Origin: Planctomycetota bacterium
GTDB lineage: Bacteria > Planctomycetota > PLA2 > JAEUHO01
DNA length: 64,000 nt
Direction: 5' to 3'
Assembly (NCBI GenBank): GCA_965223505.1
Contig: CBDCWP010000038.1
Location: forward strand, 32,001 to 96,000
Made by a program: the position numbers and the translations under genes. Positions within the stretch are counted from its first letter, which is position 1; every line of letters starts with the position of its first letter. Under the pieces are notes generated by a model that worked only from the letters and a program-made list of their open reading frames with translations, did not search any database and had not been told where the DNA came from. Positions 21,733-31,625 of this stretch are shown here, piece after piece.

Positions 21733-22776
21733 TCAGGCCGGGCCGTTCGGGTCCGGCGGCACCCACTCGTCGGTCTTGCGACGGTAGACGTACACGCTGT
21801 CGCAGTCCGAACACTGGAGTCGCAGTAGGCCGGACTTGTACGTCCCGATCATCACTTCGTGAGTGTCGAGCTTGACCTCGATTCGTCCGTCGCGGATGCG
21901 CCACCTGAAGTCCGCGAGATCACCCTTCGCCGACGGCGCGCGCGGCGGCGGCTCCTCGACGACCGGTTGGGGCGAGCCGCCACACCCTCCGCACGCCGCG
22001 TCCGGCACCTCCGAACCGGTAGGCGGCGCCGGAGCAGCAAGCGGACCGTCGTGCCTGCACTCGCCGTTGTCAAGGAGCGTGATCTGGCGCATGGCGCTGC
22101 TGTTGAAAGCCTTCTGCGCCTGCGTCTCGGGATCCTCAGCGGACGACGCGTAGATCGCGCGCCGCGTCTCGGTTTCGTCGAGCACCCAGATCCCCGCCAG
22201 GTCCGCTTGCGAGATCGTCGGGGCATCGTCGGTGAAGATCAGAATCGCGGCGACGACGGCGGCGAGCACGCCCGTACCCGCAAGGACGAGCTTCTTCGGA
22301 AACGGCGGCGCGGGTGGCGGCGGCGGCGGTGGGAGCGGCTCGACGACGACGCCGGCGGCGTCTTCTTGCGAGGGGTCGGCCGTTCGACGAACCGCTCGCG
22401 CAAGCCGGTCGATGTGCTTCTCGAGATCGCCGTCGAGGGCGTTGAGCCACTGCTTGCGACCCAGGTAGTACGCCAGGCCTTCGGCAGGTTCGACGTCGTC
22501 GATTCGGAACGGAATCACCTTCGACTCGTGCCGCGCCGCCTGGTCGAGCTCTCGCTCGACATGCTGCGACCCATTCGAGAACTTCGAGAACACGAGGACG
22601 AACACCGGCGCGGAGTTGATGCCGCGAACGATCGCCGCCGCAAAGTTCTCGCCCAGTCGCACGTCGCGCGGCGCGATCCAGCACTTCACGTCGCGAGACT
22701 CGAGCCCCGCGCAGATCTGTTCCGCAATCTGCTTGTCCTCGGACCCGTAGCTGATGAACACGTCCCGCTTCGTCAT
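21733..22776 (-). CDS. TIR-domain membrane protein
   Basis: DVFISY...CWIAPRD...SQHVERE...VIPFRID (bacterial TIR_2-like), then a poly-Pro linker, one hydrophobic helix and a Cys-containing C-terminal domain. Confidence 0.8.
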   Translation of the reverse strand: MTKRDVFISYGSEDKQIAEQICAGLESRDVKCWIAPRDVRLGENFAAAIVRGINSAPVFVLVFSKFSNGSQHVERELDQAARHESKVIPFRIDDVEPAEGLAYYLGRKQWLNALDGDLEKHIDRLARAVRRTADPSQEDAAGVVVEPLPPPPPPPAPPFPKKLVLAGTGVLAAVVAAILIFTDDAPTISQADLAGIWVLDETETRRAIYASSAEDPETQAQKAFNSSAMRQITLLDNGECRHDGPLAAPAPPTGSEVPDAACGGCGGSPQPVVEEPPPRAPSAKGDLADFRWRIRDGRIEVKLDTHEVMIGTYKSGLLRLQCSDCDSVYVYRRKTDEWVPPDPNGPA

Positions 22777-23123
22777 GCCATCTCCAACACGGACACGAAC
22801 TTCGATTGTCTCCGGCGCCGAATCTGTTTTCAACCAGCCCTGTCGAACGGCGCAGTCCTGGGGTCTCAGCTGCGGATCACCACGCACCTAGGCGGAATCG
22901 AGTCCAGTTGCTTTCGCGAATCGCCCTTCGGGCTCGCTACGGCGCGTTCGGCTCGGCCGCTACCGACTCAGCACCGCCGGTCCCCGTATCGACAAGCGGT
23001 ACGACGAACGGTCGCCGACGATGCGTCCCCGCACGTCGGGGTGTCGAAACGATGCCCCCATCTCAACTTGACCATCCTTGTTCGCGTCAACGCGCGCGCC
23101 TACGATTCCTCGCCGGAGGTTGG

Positions 23124-24287
23124 ATGGCGCCGGTGGTTCGATGTGCATTGACGGCACTGTTGATTGGAACGACGCTGCCGCTGACCGCGTGCCACGGTGC
23201 GCGCGTCGTGCACGACCGCACGCCGCCGGCCGTCACCGTCGCGGACGCCGACCCGGACAAACCTGCCCCGCCGTTGAAGTCCGCGTCGCGTCGTTCGAAG
23301 CTCTCGATGTCGAACGCACGACGAGCCCGCTCGACCGGGTGGACGTTCGTCGACACCCCCATCGGACGCGGGTTCTTCACACCGCAAGGTTCGCGCGACG
23401 GCATCGCGTGTACGCCGCTGCACGCGTCCGTCGCGTACCGGCACGAGGAAGTGCTCGACGTCGGGCTCTTCTACAACGTCAATCCGCGCCTCACGGTGGG
23501 ACTCCTCGGGCAGCGCCTGGAACGTCGCCGCAAGGCGCGGGTCGACGGCCAGCTGATCGACCCGACCGACCTGAGCAGCTTCATTCCCGAGGTCACGCTC
23601 GACGAGCGCACGACGTCGCTCTCGTTCGGACCGTTCGCCCAGCTGCTGCTGCGTCGCGAGTGCGGACCGATGCCGGCGATCTACCTCGGCGGCTACGCGC
23701 TCGAGTGGGGCGAGATCACGTCCGCGAGCACGACGATCAGCCGACCGACGCTGGTCCTCGACGCGGCTTCGACCGTCGCGAAGAAGGGGGATCGCGCCGA
23801 TCGGTTCCGGTCCATCTACATCGGTGCCTCGAAACGGGTGCCGGGCTTCCGCCCGAACCGACTCGTGCGCGACATGCGCTTCTACGGCGGCGGCGGCTGG
23901 GGCATGCGCAGCGGGTCGCGGTACACCACCGCCGTCACGGGCAGCGGCGATCCGCGCATCCGGTTCGTGCGCCGCTCGATCACGCGCCACAGCGTCGTGG
24001 GGTGGCTGGGCACGGAAGCGCGGCTGCCGAAGGACTTCTACCTGTACGGCGAGGTCTTCACCGGCGACGAGTGCGACTTCGGATGGGCCGCCGGACTGCG
24101 CTGGCAAAGTCCGTTCGGCGTCAGCTTCAGCATCGGCATCTACGACTGCACGCGACCCATCCAGTCACGCGCGCTGGACCTGGTCTATTTGGAGGGCGGC
24201 GTGGGCTCGCAGCCGTCCCTGGCGACGGGCGGTTCCGGCGGCGCCGGCGGCGGCACGGCCACGCTCGGGCACCTCTGGGGCGACTGA
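23124..24287 (+). CDS. Putative lipoprotein with a beta-rich (possibly beta-barrel) domain
   Basis: GGAGG at 23115-23119, lipobox-like LTAC, alternating aromatic/Gly strands (GWAAGLRW, GVSFSIG). Confidence 0.5.
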   Translation: MAPVVRCALTALLIGTTLPLTACHGARVVHDRTPPAVTVADADPDKPAPPLKSASRRSKLSMSNARRARSTGWTFVDTPIGRGFFTPQGSRDGIACTPLHASVAYRHEEVLDVGLFYNVNPRLTVGLLGQRLERRRKARVDGQLIDPTDLSSFIPEVTLDERTTSLSFGPFAQLLLRRECGPMPAIYLGGYALEWGEITSASTTISRPTLVLDAASTVAKKGDRADRFRSIYIGASKRVPGFRPNRLVRDMRFYGGGGWGMRSGSRYTTAVTGSGDPRIRFVRRSITRHSVVGWLGTEARLPKDFYLYGEVFTGDECDFGWAAGLRWQSPFGVSFSIGIYDCTRPIQSRALDLVYLEGGVGSQPSLATGGSGGAGGGTATLGHLWGD

Positions 24288-24312
24288 CCGACGGGGCGGT
24301 GGGACTCGGACC

Positions 24313-25398
24313 CTACTTCCGACAGAGCACGAAGAGCACGGGGTTCGACCCGCTCACGGAACCGCCGGAGATGATCGCGATGCGTCCGTCGGCGCTGACG
24401 GCGCCGACCATGTCTTCGTTCCCGAACACGCCGCTGCGATCGGCTACGACCGCCCCGTCGGTGCTCACGTTGTAGACGGCCGACCCCATCACCGCCCCCA
24501 GGGTGGTGCCGTCGAAGCGGGTCGCGTCGATCGAGAGCTGGTTGACCCCGTCCGCCGTGATCGTGCCGGTGATGGACTCGAACGGTCCGGTCAGGTCCTT
24601 CTCGATCCCCACGACCCAGTACGAACCGGAGAGCGTCGCGTTGGTTGCCGCGGTCGCGGCGCGCATCAGAAGCAGGATCGCCGGCGGCGTCGAGTTCGCG
24701 TTGCCCCCCGCGAACGCGCCGAAGCCGCCGCCGGTCATCAGACAGCCGTCGTGCAACGCCCCGAACAGGCTGACCGTGGCCAATCCACTCGGCGCCACCG
24801 TGTAGGTGCCGGGAAGCATGCCCCCGTCTTGCAAGCCGTCCTCGTTGATCGCGCCGGTGCCGTCGTACGCGCTCACACCATCGAACGCGACCTTGGTCGA
24901 GTGGAGGCTGCCGGCCGAGCCCTGGTCGAGGTACGCCGTCATGTGGAAGTCGCCCGTGAGCGTCGCGGGCGAGAAAGCCCCGACGGAGCGAATGAGCACG
25001 AGGATGAGGGGCGTGATCGTCGTGCTGGTCGTTGCCAGGATCGCGCAGTTCCCGTCCCCGGAGATGCCGCCTCGCACGACCTCGGTCGCCGCTTGAAACA
25101 CGCGCAGCGTGCCGTCGGGATCGACGGTGTACGTCAACCCTTGCGCGCCCGGAGCGCTCACCATGCCGCCGTCGTTGGCCATGCCGTCCAGCGTGACGTT
25201 GCCGGCGCCGTCGCTGACGGCGGTGCCCCAGGTCGCCGTGCCGCCGCCCGCGCCGCCACTGGGTTCGTACAGCGCGAGCCAGTACGTGCCTGCGAACGAC
25301 GCGACGCCGATCACGCCGCCGTCGCTTCCTCCCCCGCCGCACGAACCGAGGATCAAGGTCAGGCCGACCAGCAACGGTGCGAAACGCGATCGAGTCAT
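24313..25398 (-). CDS. Lipoprotein with three internal ~115-aa repeats
   Basis: Lipobox LGSC followed by GGGG. Repeated FAGTYW/LTGDFH/LSGSYW and YTVDPDG/YTVAPSG/YNVSTDG. Confidence 0.7.
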   Translation of the reverse strand: MTRSRFAPLLVGLTLILGSCGGGGSDGGVIGVASFAGTYWLALYEPSGGAGGGTATWGTAVSDGAGNVTLDGMANDGGMVSAPGAQGLTYTVDPDGTLRVFQAATEVVRGGISGDGNCAILATTSTTITPLILVLIRSVGAFSPATLTGDFHMTAYLDQGSAGSLHSTKVAFDGVSAYDGTGAINEDGLQDGGMLPGTYTVAPSGLATVSLFGALHDGCLMTGGGFGAFAGGNANSTPPAILLLMRAATAATNATLSGSYWVVGIEKDLTGPFESITGTITADGVNQLSIDATRFDGTTLGAVMGSAVYNVSTDGAVVADRSGVFGNEDMVGAVSADGRIAIISGGSVSGSNPVLFVLCRK

Positions 25399-25559
25399 GC
25401 TTCTCCTCCTTCTCAGGCGGAGAGACTAGCAGATCCCTTGAACCGGTCGCAGCGCGCGATTCGACCATCGCCTCGGACCCGTGCGCGCGCCTTCACGATT
25501 CCCAGGCGGCAATTCCGGCCGTGCCGACCGACTACATGGCAATCCAAAGGAGGGACGCC

Positions 25560-26795
25560 ATGTCGTTCACCGCTCGGTTCGTCGTTCTGGTGCTTGTCGG
25601 GTTCGGACTCGCCGCATGTGGCGGAGGCGGCGGTCCGTCGGTCGCGCCGACGGTCGGACTCGGGCAACCGCCGACACAAATTCTCACGGTGACGAACCAC
25701 GACGACGACGGCCCGGGCTCGCTGCGTCAGGCCGTCGCCGATGCGCCCCCGGGCGCCTGGGTGGTCTTCGATCCGGGTCTCGTCGTGGGCATCGTCCAGC
25801 TCGCGACCCCGATCGAGATCACCAAGATCGTCACGATCGGCGGTCTGACCGGCGCCGGCACGCGCCACAAGATCTCGGGCCAGGCCGCGTCGCAGGTTTT
25901 CATCGTCAACGGCGGGGGGCTGCAGCTGAACGACCTCATCATCGAGGAGGGCTTCTCCTTGACTGCCGGAGGCGCGATCGAAGCGTACGACGCGCCGGTT
26001 GTCTGCTGGCGAACGGCGTTCGTCGCTTGCTTCGCTCAAAACGTGGGCGGCGCGGTGCTCGTGCAGAACGGCTCGCTGAACGTCTACGACTCGGCGTTCA
26101 CAGGCAACATCACGAACGGGGCGGCGGGCGCCGTCGCGATGCTGGAGAGCGACGCACGGATCGAGCGATCTTCCTTCTACATGAACGCAGCAACGCAGGT
26201 CGGCGGCGCCCTGAGGCTCGAAGGCGGGACGACGACCGTCGTCAACTCGTCGTTCCACGAGAACGAGGCCAACGGGCCCGGGGCGGACGGCGGCGCGATC
26301 TCCGTCGCCACCGGACCCGTGTCTTCGCCGGCGTTTCTACGCGCCTTCAACGTGACCGCGACGCAGAACACGGCGACGTCCGAAGGGGGCGGCATCTACG
26401 TGAACGCGCTCGCAAACCCGGCGGAAATCGAGCTTCATCGCTGCATCGTCGCGCTGAACAACGCAGGCAACGACACGGACATCGCGTACGGCGCCGGCAG
26501 CACCGACGCGGCGGGCTCGTACAACTTCGTCGGTGTCGGCGACGGGAAGCTGCTCCACGGCCTGCAGAACAACCAGGTCGGCGACGGCTTCGCGCCCCTC
26601 GACCCCATGATGCTGGCGCCGTTCTCCCTTCCGGATGGACGCATGGTGAGCCTGCCCCTGCCCGCCGGCCCGTGTGTCGACACCGTTCCGGCCGGCCAGA
26701 ACCCGAACCCGGAGGGCTTTCCGATGCTGGTCGATCTGCGTTTCCTGCCGCGCGATCCCGGTCTGCCCTCGGACCTGGGTTGCTGCGAGCTCTAG
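25560..26795 (+). CDS. Lipoprotein with a right-handed beta-helix (Pmp-like GGAI/FxxN repeats)
   Basis: Lipobox LAAC-GGGG, GPGSLRQAV, and repeated GGAI/GGAV/GGAL with FTGN/FYMN/FHEN. Confidence 0.75.
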   Translation: MSFTARFVVLVLVGFGLAACGGGGGPSVAPTVGLGQPPTQILTVTNHDDDGPGSLRQAVADAPPGAWVVFDPGLVVGIVQLATPIEITKIVTIGGLTGAGTRHKISGQAASQVFIVNGGGLQLNDLIIEEGFSLTAGGAIEAYDAPVVCWRTAFVACFAQNVGGAVLVQNGSLNVYDSAFTGNITNGAAGAVAMLESDARIERSSFYMNAATQVGGALRLEGGTTTVVNSSFHENEANGPGADGGAISVATGPVSSPAFLRAFNVTATQNTATSEGGGIYVNALANPAEIELHRCIVALNNAGNDTDIAYGAGSTDAAGSYNFVGVGDGKLLHGLQNNQVGDGFAPLDPMMLAPFSLPDGRMVSLPLPAGPCVDTVPAGQNPNPEGFPMLVDLRFLPRDPGLPSDLGCCEL

Positions 26796-27494
26796 CTACT
26801 TCCCACCCGCCATGAGGGCGGCTGCGACGGCTTCGGCGTCGGCGTGCGAGACGACGTTCGTGAGCGCCTCCGCGAACTCCTGTTGAATCAGCACCGTCGT
26901 CGACGCGACGATCTCCCGGCGATCGATCGTGCCGCCGGCGGCGATCGTCGCCTGGGCCTCGGTCTTCACCTCGTCCCAGATCTGGCGGATCCGGGGTTGG
27001 AAGTCGGTGAACGCCTCGGTGATGCCGCTGCGCTGCTTCTCGTCGAGACCAAGCGCCAGCTTCTTCAGCGCGCGTTCGACGCGTTCGGCGTTCTTCATGA
27101 TGCGGTCGTCGCGCTCGACGGCCTTACGCAGCGTGCGGAAGCGCTGGACGTCTTCCGGCGTGGGCTGCCAGTCCGCCGCCGAGGCGAACGGCGCGACCGT
27201 CTCCTCCGATGGACGCTCACCGGACGAACTCGAGTCCGCCCCCGATTCCGACGACGGCGCTTCCGCCGACTCGAGCGCCTCGATCCGGTCGAGGACGCTC
27301 GCATCGAGCTTCGTCTCGAGCTGCGGGCGCCGGTCGGACTCGAGCGCCGCGAGACGCCGCTCGAGATCGGTCGTGTCGACACTGCCCGTGACGACCGCGT
27401 CCCGCGGCGCCGGCTCGTCCCGCAGCTGGTCGTACACGACGATCGCGCCCGCGGCGGTCGCCACGTTCAACAGCAGGATCGGAAGGATCTTCAT
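26796..27494 (-). CDS. Hypothetical membrane-anchored coiled-coil protein
   Basis: N-terminal hydrophobic segment, LERRLAALE heptads, GGAG before ATG 27494. Confidence 0.6.
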   Translation of the reverse strand: MKILPILLLNVATAAGAIVVYDQLRDEPAPRDAVVTGSVDTTDLERRLAALESDRRPQLETKLDASVLDRIEALESAEAPSSESGADSSSSGERPSEETVAPFASAADWQPTPEDVQRFRTLRKAVERDDRIMKNAERVERALKKLALGLDEKQRSGITEAFTDFQPRIRQIWDEVKTEAQATIAAGGTIDRREIVASTTVLIQQEFAEALTNVVSHADAEAVAAALMAGGK

Positions 27495-27625
27495 GGCCGT
27501 CTCCAAGCGTTTCCCTCGAAGAGGGTACCCCCTGGACGCTCGCCGCCCACCCGAGCGGCGGCCGCAGGTGATGGATGCGGTGAAACCCCTCCCGTGCCTA
27601 TGCTGTACCCGTCCTCGGAGGTCCC

Positions 27626-29116
27626 ATGCGCTACCGTTCCGTCCTCGCCCTGACATTCGTGGTGCTGCTCGCGTTCCCCGCGGCCGCCGAAGAACCGGCG
27701 CAGGCGCCCGAGGTCAAGCCCGGCGATCAGATCAGCTGGGTCACGGACCTGACCCAGGCGTTCGCGCGCGCCAAGGCGAAGAAGAAGGTCCTCATGATCT
27801 GCGTCAACGCCAACGAGGTGGACGAAGGACGGATCGAGCCGGCGGCCAAAGGACTGCGCGAGGTCGTCTACAAGGACGTTCGCATCGTCAAGAAGTCGCG
27901 CGAGTTCGTCATGGCGTTCCTCACGCCGCAAGGATCGTCGGCGGACTACGGTGAGCTGCGGGCGCTCGGCATCGAGGGGTTGATCGTCTCGCCGCAGCAC
28001 ATCTTCGTTCATCCCGACGGCAAACCGTTGCTCGGACGACACAAGTACTGGCCGCACGGCAAGGGCGAGAACGCCGTGAGCGCGCTCACCAAGATGATGA
28101 ACGCCGCGCTCGAGAAGTACGCCGAGATGGCCGGCGCGCCGGAACCCGGGGCGCCCGAGAAGCCGGCGGCGCCGGAGCCGGAGCTGCCGCCCGAGGGGCC
28201 GGACGCGGGCGCGATCAACACGAAGGCGCGTCAGGACTGGATCGCATCGACGTTACTCACGGTCAAGACCGGCGCGCCGACGAAGCGCAAGGAAGCCCTG
28301 CAGCTGCTCGTCACGAAGGACAAGGACGGGGACTGCATCGATGCGCTGCTGCTGGCGCTGCCCACATACGAGGAAAAGACCGAAATCCTCGTCGACGCCA
28401 TCCGTGCTTTGGGACGCAACAAGCTGGAGAAGGCCGCGCTGCCGCTTGCCGCGTATCTCAAGCACGACAACCGCGACGTGCGCGGCAACGCCGCCGTGAG
28501 CCTCGAGTACATCGGTTCGCCGGCGGCGCTGCCGGAGCTCAAGAAGCGGTCGGCCAAGGAGAAGGACGAGGACGTCTCGAACCACATGTATCGGGCGATC
28601 GGCCGCTGTGGCGCCGGCGACGGAAAGGTTCGCGCGCTGCTGGTCAAGAAGACGACGAGCGCCAAGAGCGAGAAGATGTCGTACGGCCCGATCATCGGGC
28701 TGGCGTACGCCGGACGCGAGGTCAAGACCGCGCGCGCGGTCGAGAAGCTGTTGAAGAAGGTCGGGCCACCGGCGTTCGGACGCCGGGCCGGACGCAATCT
28801 CGACAACGTCGTGAAGCGTGCGCTCCTGGTCTGGTGCCTCGGGCAGGTCGGCGACGACAAGAGCGCCAAATTCATGAAGGAACGCATGATCAAGCCGATC
28901 GAGAACGCCTCCAGCCGCTTCGTCGAGCCGATCATCCGCGGCTACGAATCCGTGGCGAGCTACTGCCTGGGCGTCGAGGAGGAGAAGGAGGCGGTCGAGG
29001 CCACCATGCAGGGCACCATCGACTTCCTGCGCCGGGACCCGTTCATGGACCCCATGCGCCGCGACCGGGACACAACCGAGTTCAAGCCGCTGGGCGAGTG
29101 GGAAGGCTCCACGTAG
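27626..29116 (+). CDS. Exported thioredoxin-like plus HEAT-repeat protein
   Basis: Signal peptide, ISWVTDLTQAFARAKAKKKVLMI (Trx-like start), PQHIFVHPDG, and HEAT repeats (VRGNAAVSLEYIG). Confidence 0.7.
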   Translation: MRYRSVLALTFVVLLAFPAAAEEPAQAPEVKPGDQISWVTDLTQAFARAKAKKKVLMICVNANEVDEGRIEPAAKGLREVVYKDVRIVKKSREFVMAFLTPQGSSADYGELRALGIEGLIVSPQHIFVHPDGKPLLGRHKYWPHGKGENAVSALTKMMNAALEKYAEMAGAPEPGAPEKPAAPEPELPPEGPDAGAINTKARQDWIASTLLTVKTGAPTKRKEALQLLVTKDKDGDCIDALLLALPTYEEKTEILVDAIRALGRNKLEKAALPLAAYLKHDNRDVRGNAAVSLEYIGSPAALPELKKRSAKEKDEDVSNHMYRAIGRCGAGDGKVRALLVKKTTSAKSEKMSYGPIIGLAYAGREVKTARAVEKLLKKVGPPAFGRRAGRNLDNVVKRALLVWCLGQVGDDKSAKFMKERMIKPIENASSRFVEPIIRGYESVASYCLGVEEEKEAVEATMQGTIDFLRRDPFMDPMRRDRDTTEFKPLGEWEGST

Positions 29117-29249
29117 CGCCGCGCAGTAGCAACCCGGTTACCGGTTGGTTGTGAGAACGGCGCTCAGATGGCGGGGCCGGGGAACACGGTCGCCGTGCGT
29201 TCGTCGTACTCTGTAGCGAGTGCGTTCTCGGGCAACGGAGTCGACCGGT

Positions 29250-30827
29250 ATGAGCAGCCGCATTGCATGTCTCGTGAGCCTCGTGGCGCTCACGTTTTCG
29301 GTCACGACCGCGGAAGCGAAGGAGGCCGAGAAGGCCCCCGCCGCCCAGCCGGGCGACCAGATCGTCTGGATCAAGGATCTTCCGAAGGCCTTCGCGCGTG
29401 CGAAGGAGAAGAAGAAGATCCTGATGATCTGCGTCAACGCGAAGCAGGTCGACCAGGGCCGCAACGAGCCGGCGGCCAAGGGCCTGCGCGAGATCGTCTA
29501 CAAGGACGTGCGCATCGTCGGCAAGTCGCGCGAGTTCGTGATGGCGTATCTGACGCCGCAAGGCACGTCGGCCGACTACGGCGAGTTGCGCGCGTTCGGG
29601 ATCGAGGGACTGATTGTCTCGCCGCAGCACATCTTCGTGCACCCGGATGGCGATGAGCTCATCTCGCGGCATGAGTATTGGCCGCACGGCCAGGGCGAGA
29701 ACGCGGTCAAGGCGCTGTTGAAGCTCATGAACGACGCCCAGGCGAAGTACGCCAAGATGACGCCAGAGCGGGGCGGCAAAGCGCCTGCGCCGCCGGACGA
29801 CGACGACCTGGAGATGGAGCCCGAGCCGCCGACGCCGGAACAGGACACGCCCACTGAGTCCGACGCGGCGCTGCGCAAGCAGTGGATCGACGAGCGGCTG
29901 CACAACGTGAAGCTCGGCGCGGCTTCGAAGCGCGTCGAGTCGATCTCGTTGCTGATCGAGCACGACAAGGATGGCGACTGCCTGGGGCCGTTGCTCGCCT
30001 TGCTGACCGAGGTCGAGGACGTACACGTCCTCACCGACCTCGTGCGCGGGCTCGGTGTGAACGAGCTCGACAAGGCCGCGCTGCCGCTGACGAAGTTCCT
30101 CAAGCACAAGGAGAAGGTCATTCGAGCCAACGCCGCGATCAGCCTGGAGCACATCGGCTGTCCCGAGGCCGCGGCGGAGCTGCGTTCGCGCGCGTCGCGC
30201 GAGAAGGACCTGATCGTCCAGCGACACATCTACCGTGCGCTCGGACGCTGCGGAGCGGGCGACGCGAAGGCGCGCGCGACGCTGCTGAAGGCGGCGAAGG
30301 AGACGAAGGACATCCCGCGTTCCTACGGAGCACTGGTGGGGCTCTCGTACTTCAAGGGCGACAAGAAGGCCGCGAGCGGGCTCGAGAAGATCATTCAGCG
30401 GATCGGGCCGCCGTCATGGGGCCGCGGCGGCGGCAGTTGGGAGCGTGGCACGCAGCGCACGCTGGCAATTTGGGCGCTCGCGCACGTCGGTGACGAGAAG
30501 AGCGCCGACTTCCTCAAGGAAAAGCTCATCGCGCCGATCGAGAAACGCGGTGGTCGATGGTCGGGCCGCTTCTTGAGCTTCTTCAACGCCGCCGCGTCGA
30601 TCCTCCTCGGCGACGAAGACGCCCGCGACAACCTCGACAACGGGTTGCGCTACTACCTCGCGCGGGCCCAGGAGGAGCACCCTTGGATGGACCAGGATCG
30701 GCAGGACCGTGACTTCTCGGGATTCACCCCGCACGCGGACTGGGACGTTCCGAAGGAGAGCGGCTTCGGTGGCGGCGGCGGTGGTCCCGGGCCCGGTGGA
30801 GGCGGCGGCGGGAGCGGGAATCGCTAG
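29250..30827 (+). CDS. Exported thioredoxin-like plus HEAT-repeat protein, tandem paralogue
   Basis: N-terminal domain very similar to 27626-29116 (EPAAKGLRE, SADYGELRA, GLIVSPQHIFVHPDG); Gly-rich tail. Confidence 0.7.
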   Translation: MSSRIACLVSLVALTFSVTTAEAKEAEKAPAAQPGDQIVWIKDLPKAFARAKEKKKILMICVNAKQVDQGRNEPAAKGLREIVYKDVRIVGKSREFVMAYLTPQGTSADYGELRAFGIEGLIVSPQHIFVHPDGDELISRHEYWPHGQGENAVKALLKLMNDAQAKYAKMTPERGGKAPAPPDDDDLEMEPEPPTPEQDTPTESDAALRKQWIDERLHNVKLGAASKRVESISLLIEHDKDGDCLGPLLALLTEVEDVHVLTDLVRGLGVNELDKAALPLTKFLKHKEKVIRANAAISLEHIGCPEAAAELRSRASREKDLIVQRHIYRALGRCGAGDAKARATLLKAAKETKDIPRSYGALVGLSYFKGDKKAASGLEKIIQRIGPPSWGRGGGSWERGTQRTLAIWALAHVGDEKSADFLKEKLIAPIEKRGGRWSGRFLSFFNAAASILLGDEDARDNLDNGLRYYLARAQEEHPWMDQDRQDRDFSGFTPHADWDVPKESGFGGGGGGPGPGGGGGGSGNR

Positions 30828-30862
30828 CGCCTGTCCGAAGACGCGCCCTGCTGCGGTCGGCG
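30824..30862 (+). repeat. Short dispersed repeat beginning at the CTAG of a stop codon (copy 1)
   Basis: 32/39 ungapped identity to 36459-36497. Confidence 0.6.
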
Positions 30863-31049
30863 ATTCTCTCGCAGCGCAGGTCCCGATATCGGAATGGCGT
30901 CCCGAACCGGCGTAACCCGCGGGACGTTTCGCGCGATGCCCCCATATGGGGCGGGGGCCTCGACGGAAGGGCTACCGGTGCGCCCCGACCGGGCGACGTG
31001 TTCCGAAACGCCGGGTAGGATTCCGGCTCGCCGCACCTCGGGAGAGCCG

Positions 31050-31625
31050 ATGAGCCGCAAGGCAAAGAACCTCGTTTGGATCGACCTGGAGATGACCGGG
31101 CTCGACCACGACCGCTGCTCGATCCTCGAGATCGCAACCATCGTCACCACCGAGGACCTCGAGGTCGTCGCCGAAGGCCCCGACTTCGCGATCCACAACA
31201 CCGAGGCGCAGCTCGAGACGCTCTCCGAATGGAGCCGCGAGCACTTCACGGCCTCGGGACTGCTGGAGCGCTGCGCCGCCTCGGACATCGACCGCGCGCA
31301 GGCCGAAGCCGAGACGTTGGCCTTCGTCAAGAAGCACTGCAAGCGCGAGAAGTCGCCGCTCTGCGGCAACTCCGTCCACACCGACCGCGCGTTTCTCTAC
31401 AACCAGATGCGCCAGCTCCACGACTACCTGCACTACCGCAACGTCGACGTGTCGAGCTGGAAGGAGATGCTGCGCCGCTGGTACCCGCACGCCTATGACC
31501 CGCCTCGCAAGGCAGGCAAGCACGAAGCGCTCGCAGACATCCGCGAGTCGATCGCCGAACTGCGCTACTACCGCGATGCGTTCGTGCGCGCGCCGGACGC
31601 AGCGGCCGATCAGAAGCGCGGATAG
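31050..31625 (+). CDS. orn: Oligoribonuclease
   Basis: LVWIDLEMTGLD, LCGNSV, DRAFL, HYRNVDVSS and HEALADIRESIAELRYY. Confidence 0.95.
   Translation: MSRKAKNLVWIDLEMTGLDHDRCSILEIATIVTTEDLEVVAEGPDFAIHNTEAQLETLSEWSREHFTASGLLERCAASDIDRAQAEAETLAFVKKHCKREKSPLCGNSVHTDRAFLYNQMRQLHDYLHYRNVDVSSWKEMLRRWYPHAYDPPRKAGKHEALADIRESIAELRYYRDAFVRAPDAAADQKRG

Noticed and set aside
21649..26795. Prophage or integrative element after gatB
   Set aside because: No integrase, att-like direct repeats or phage genes were seen.
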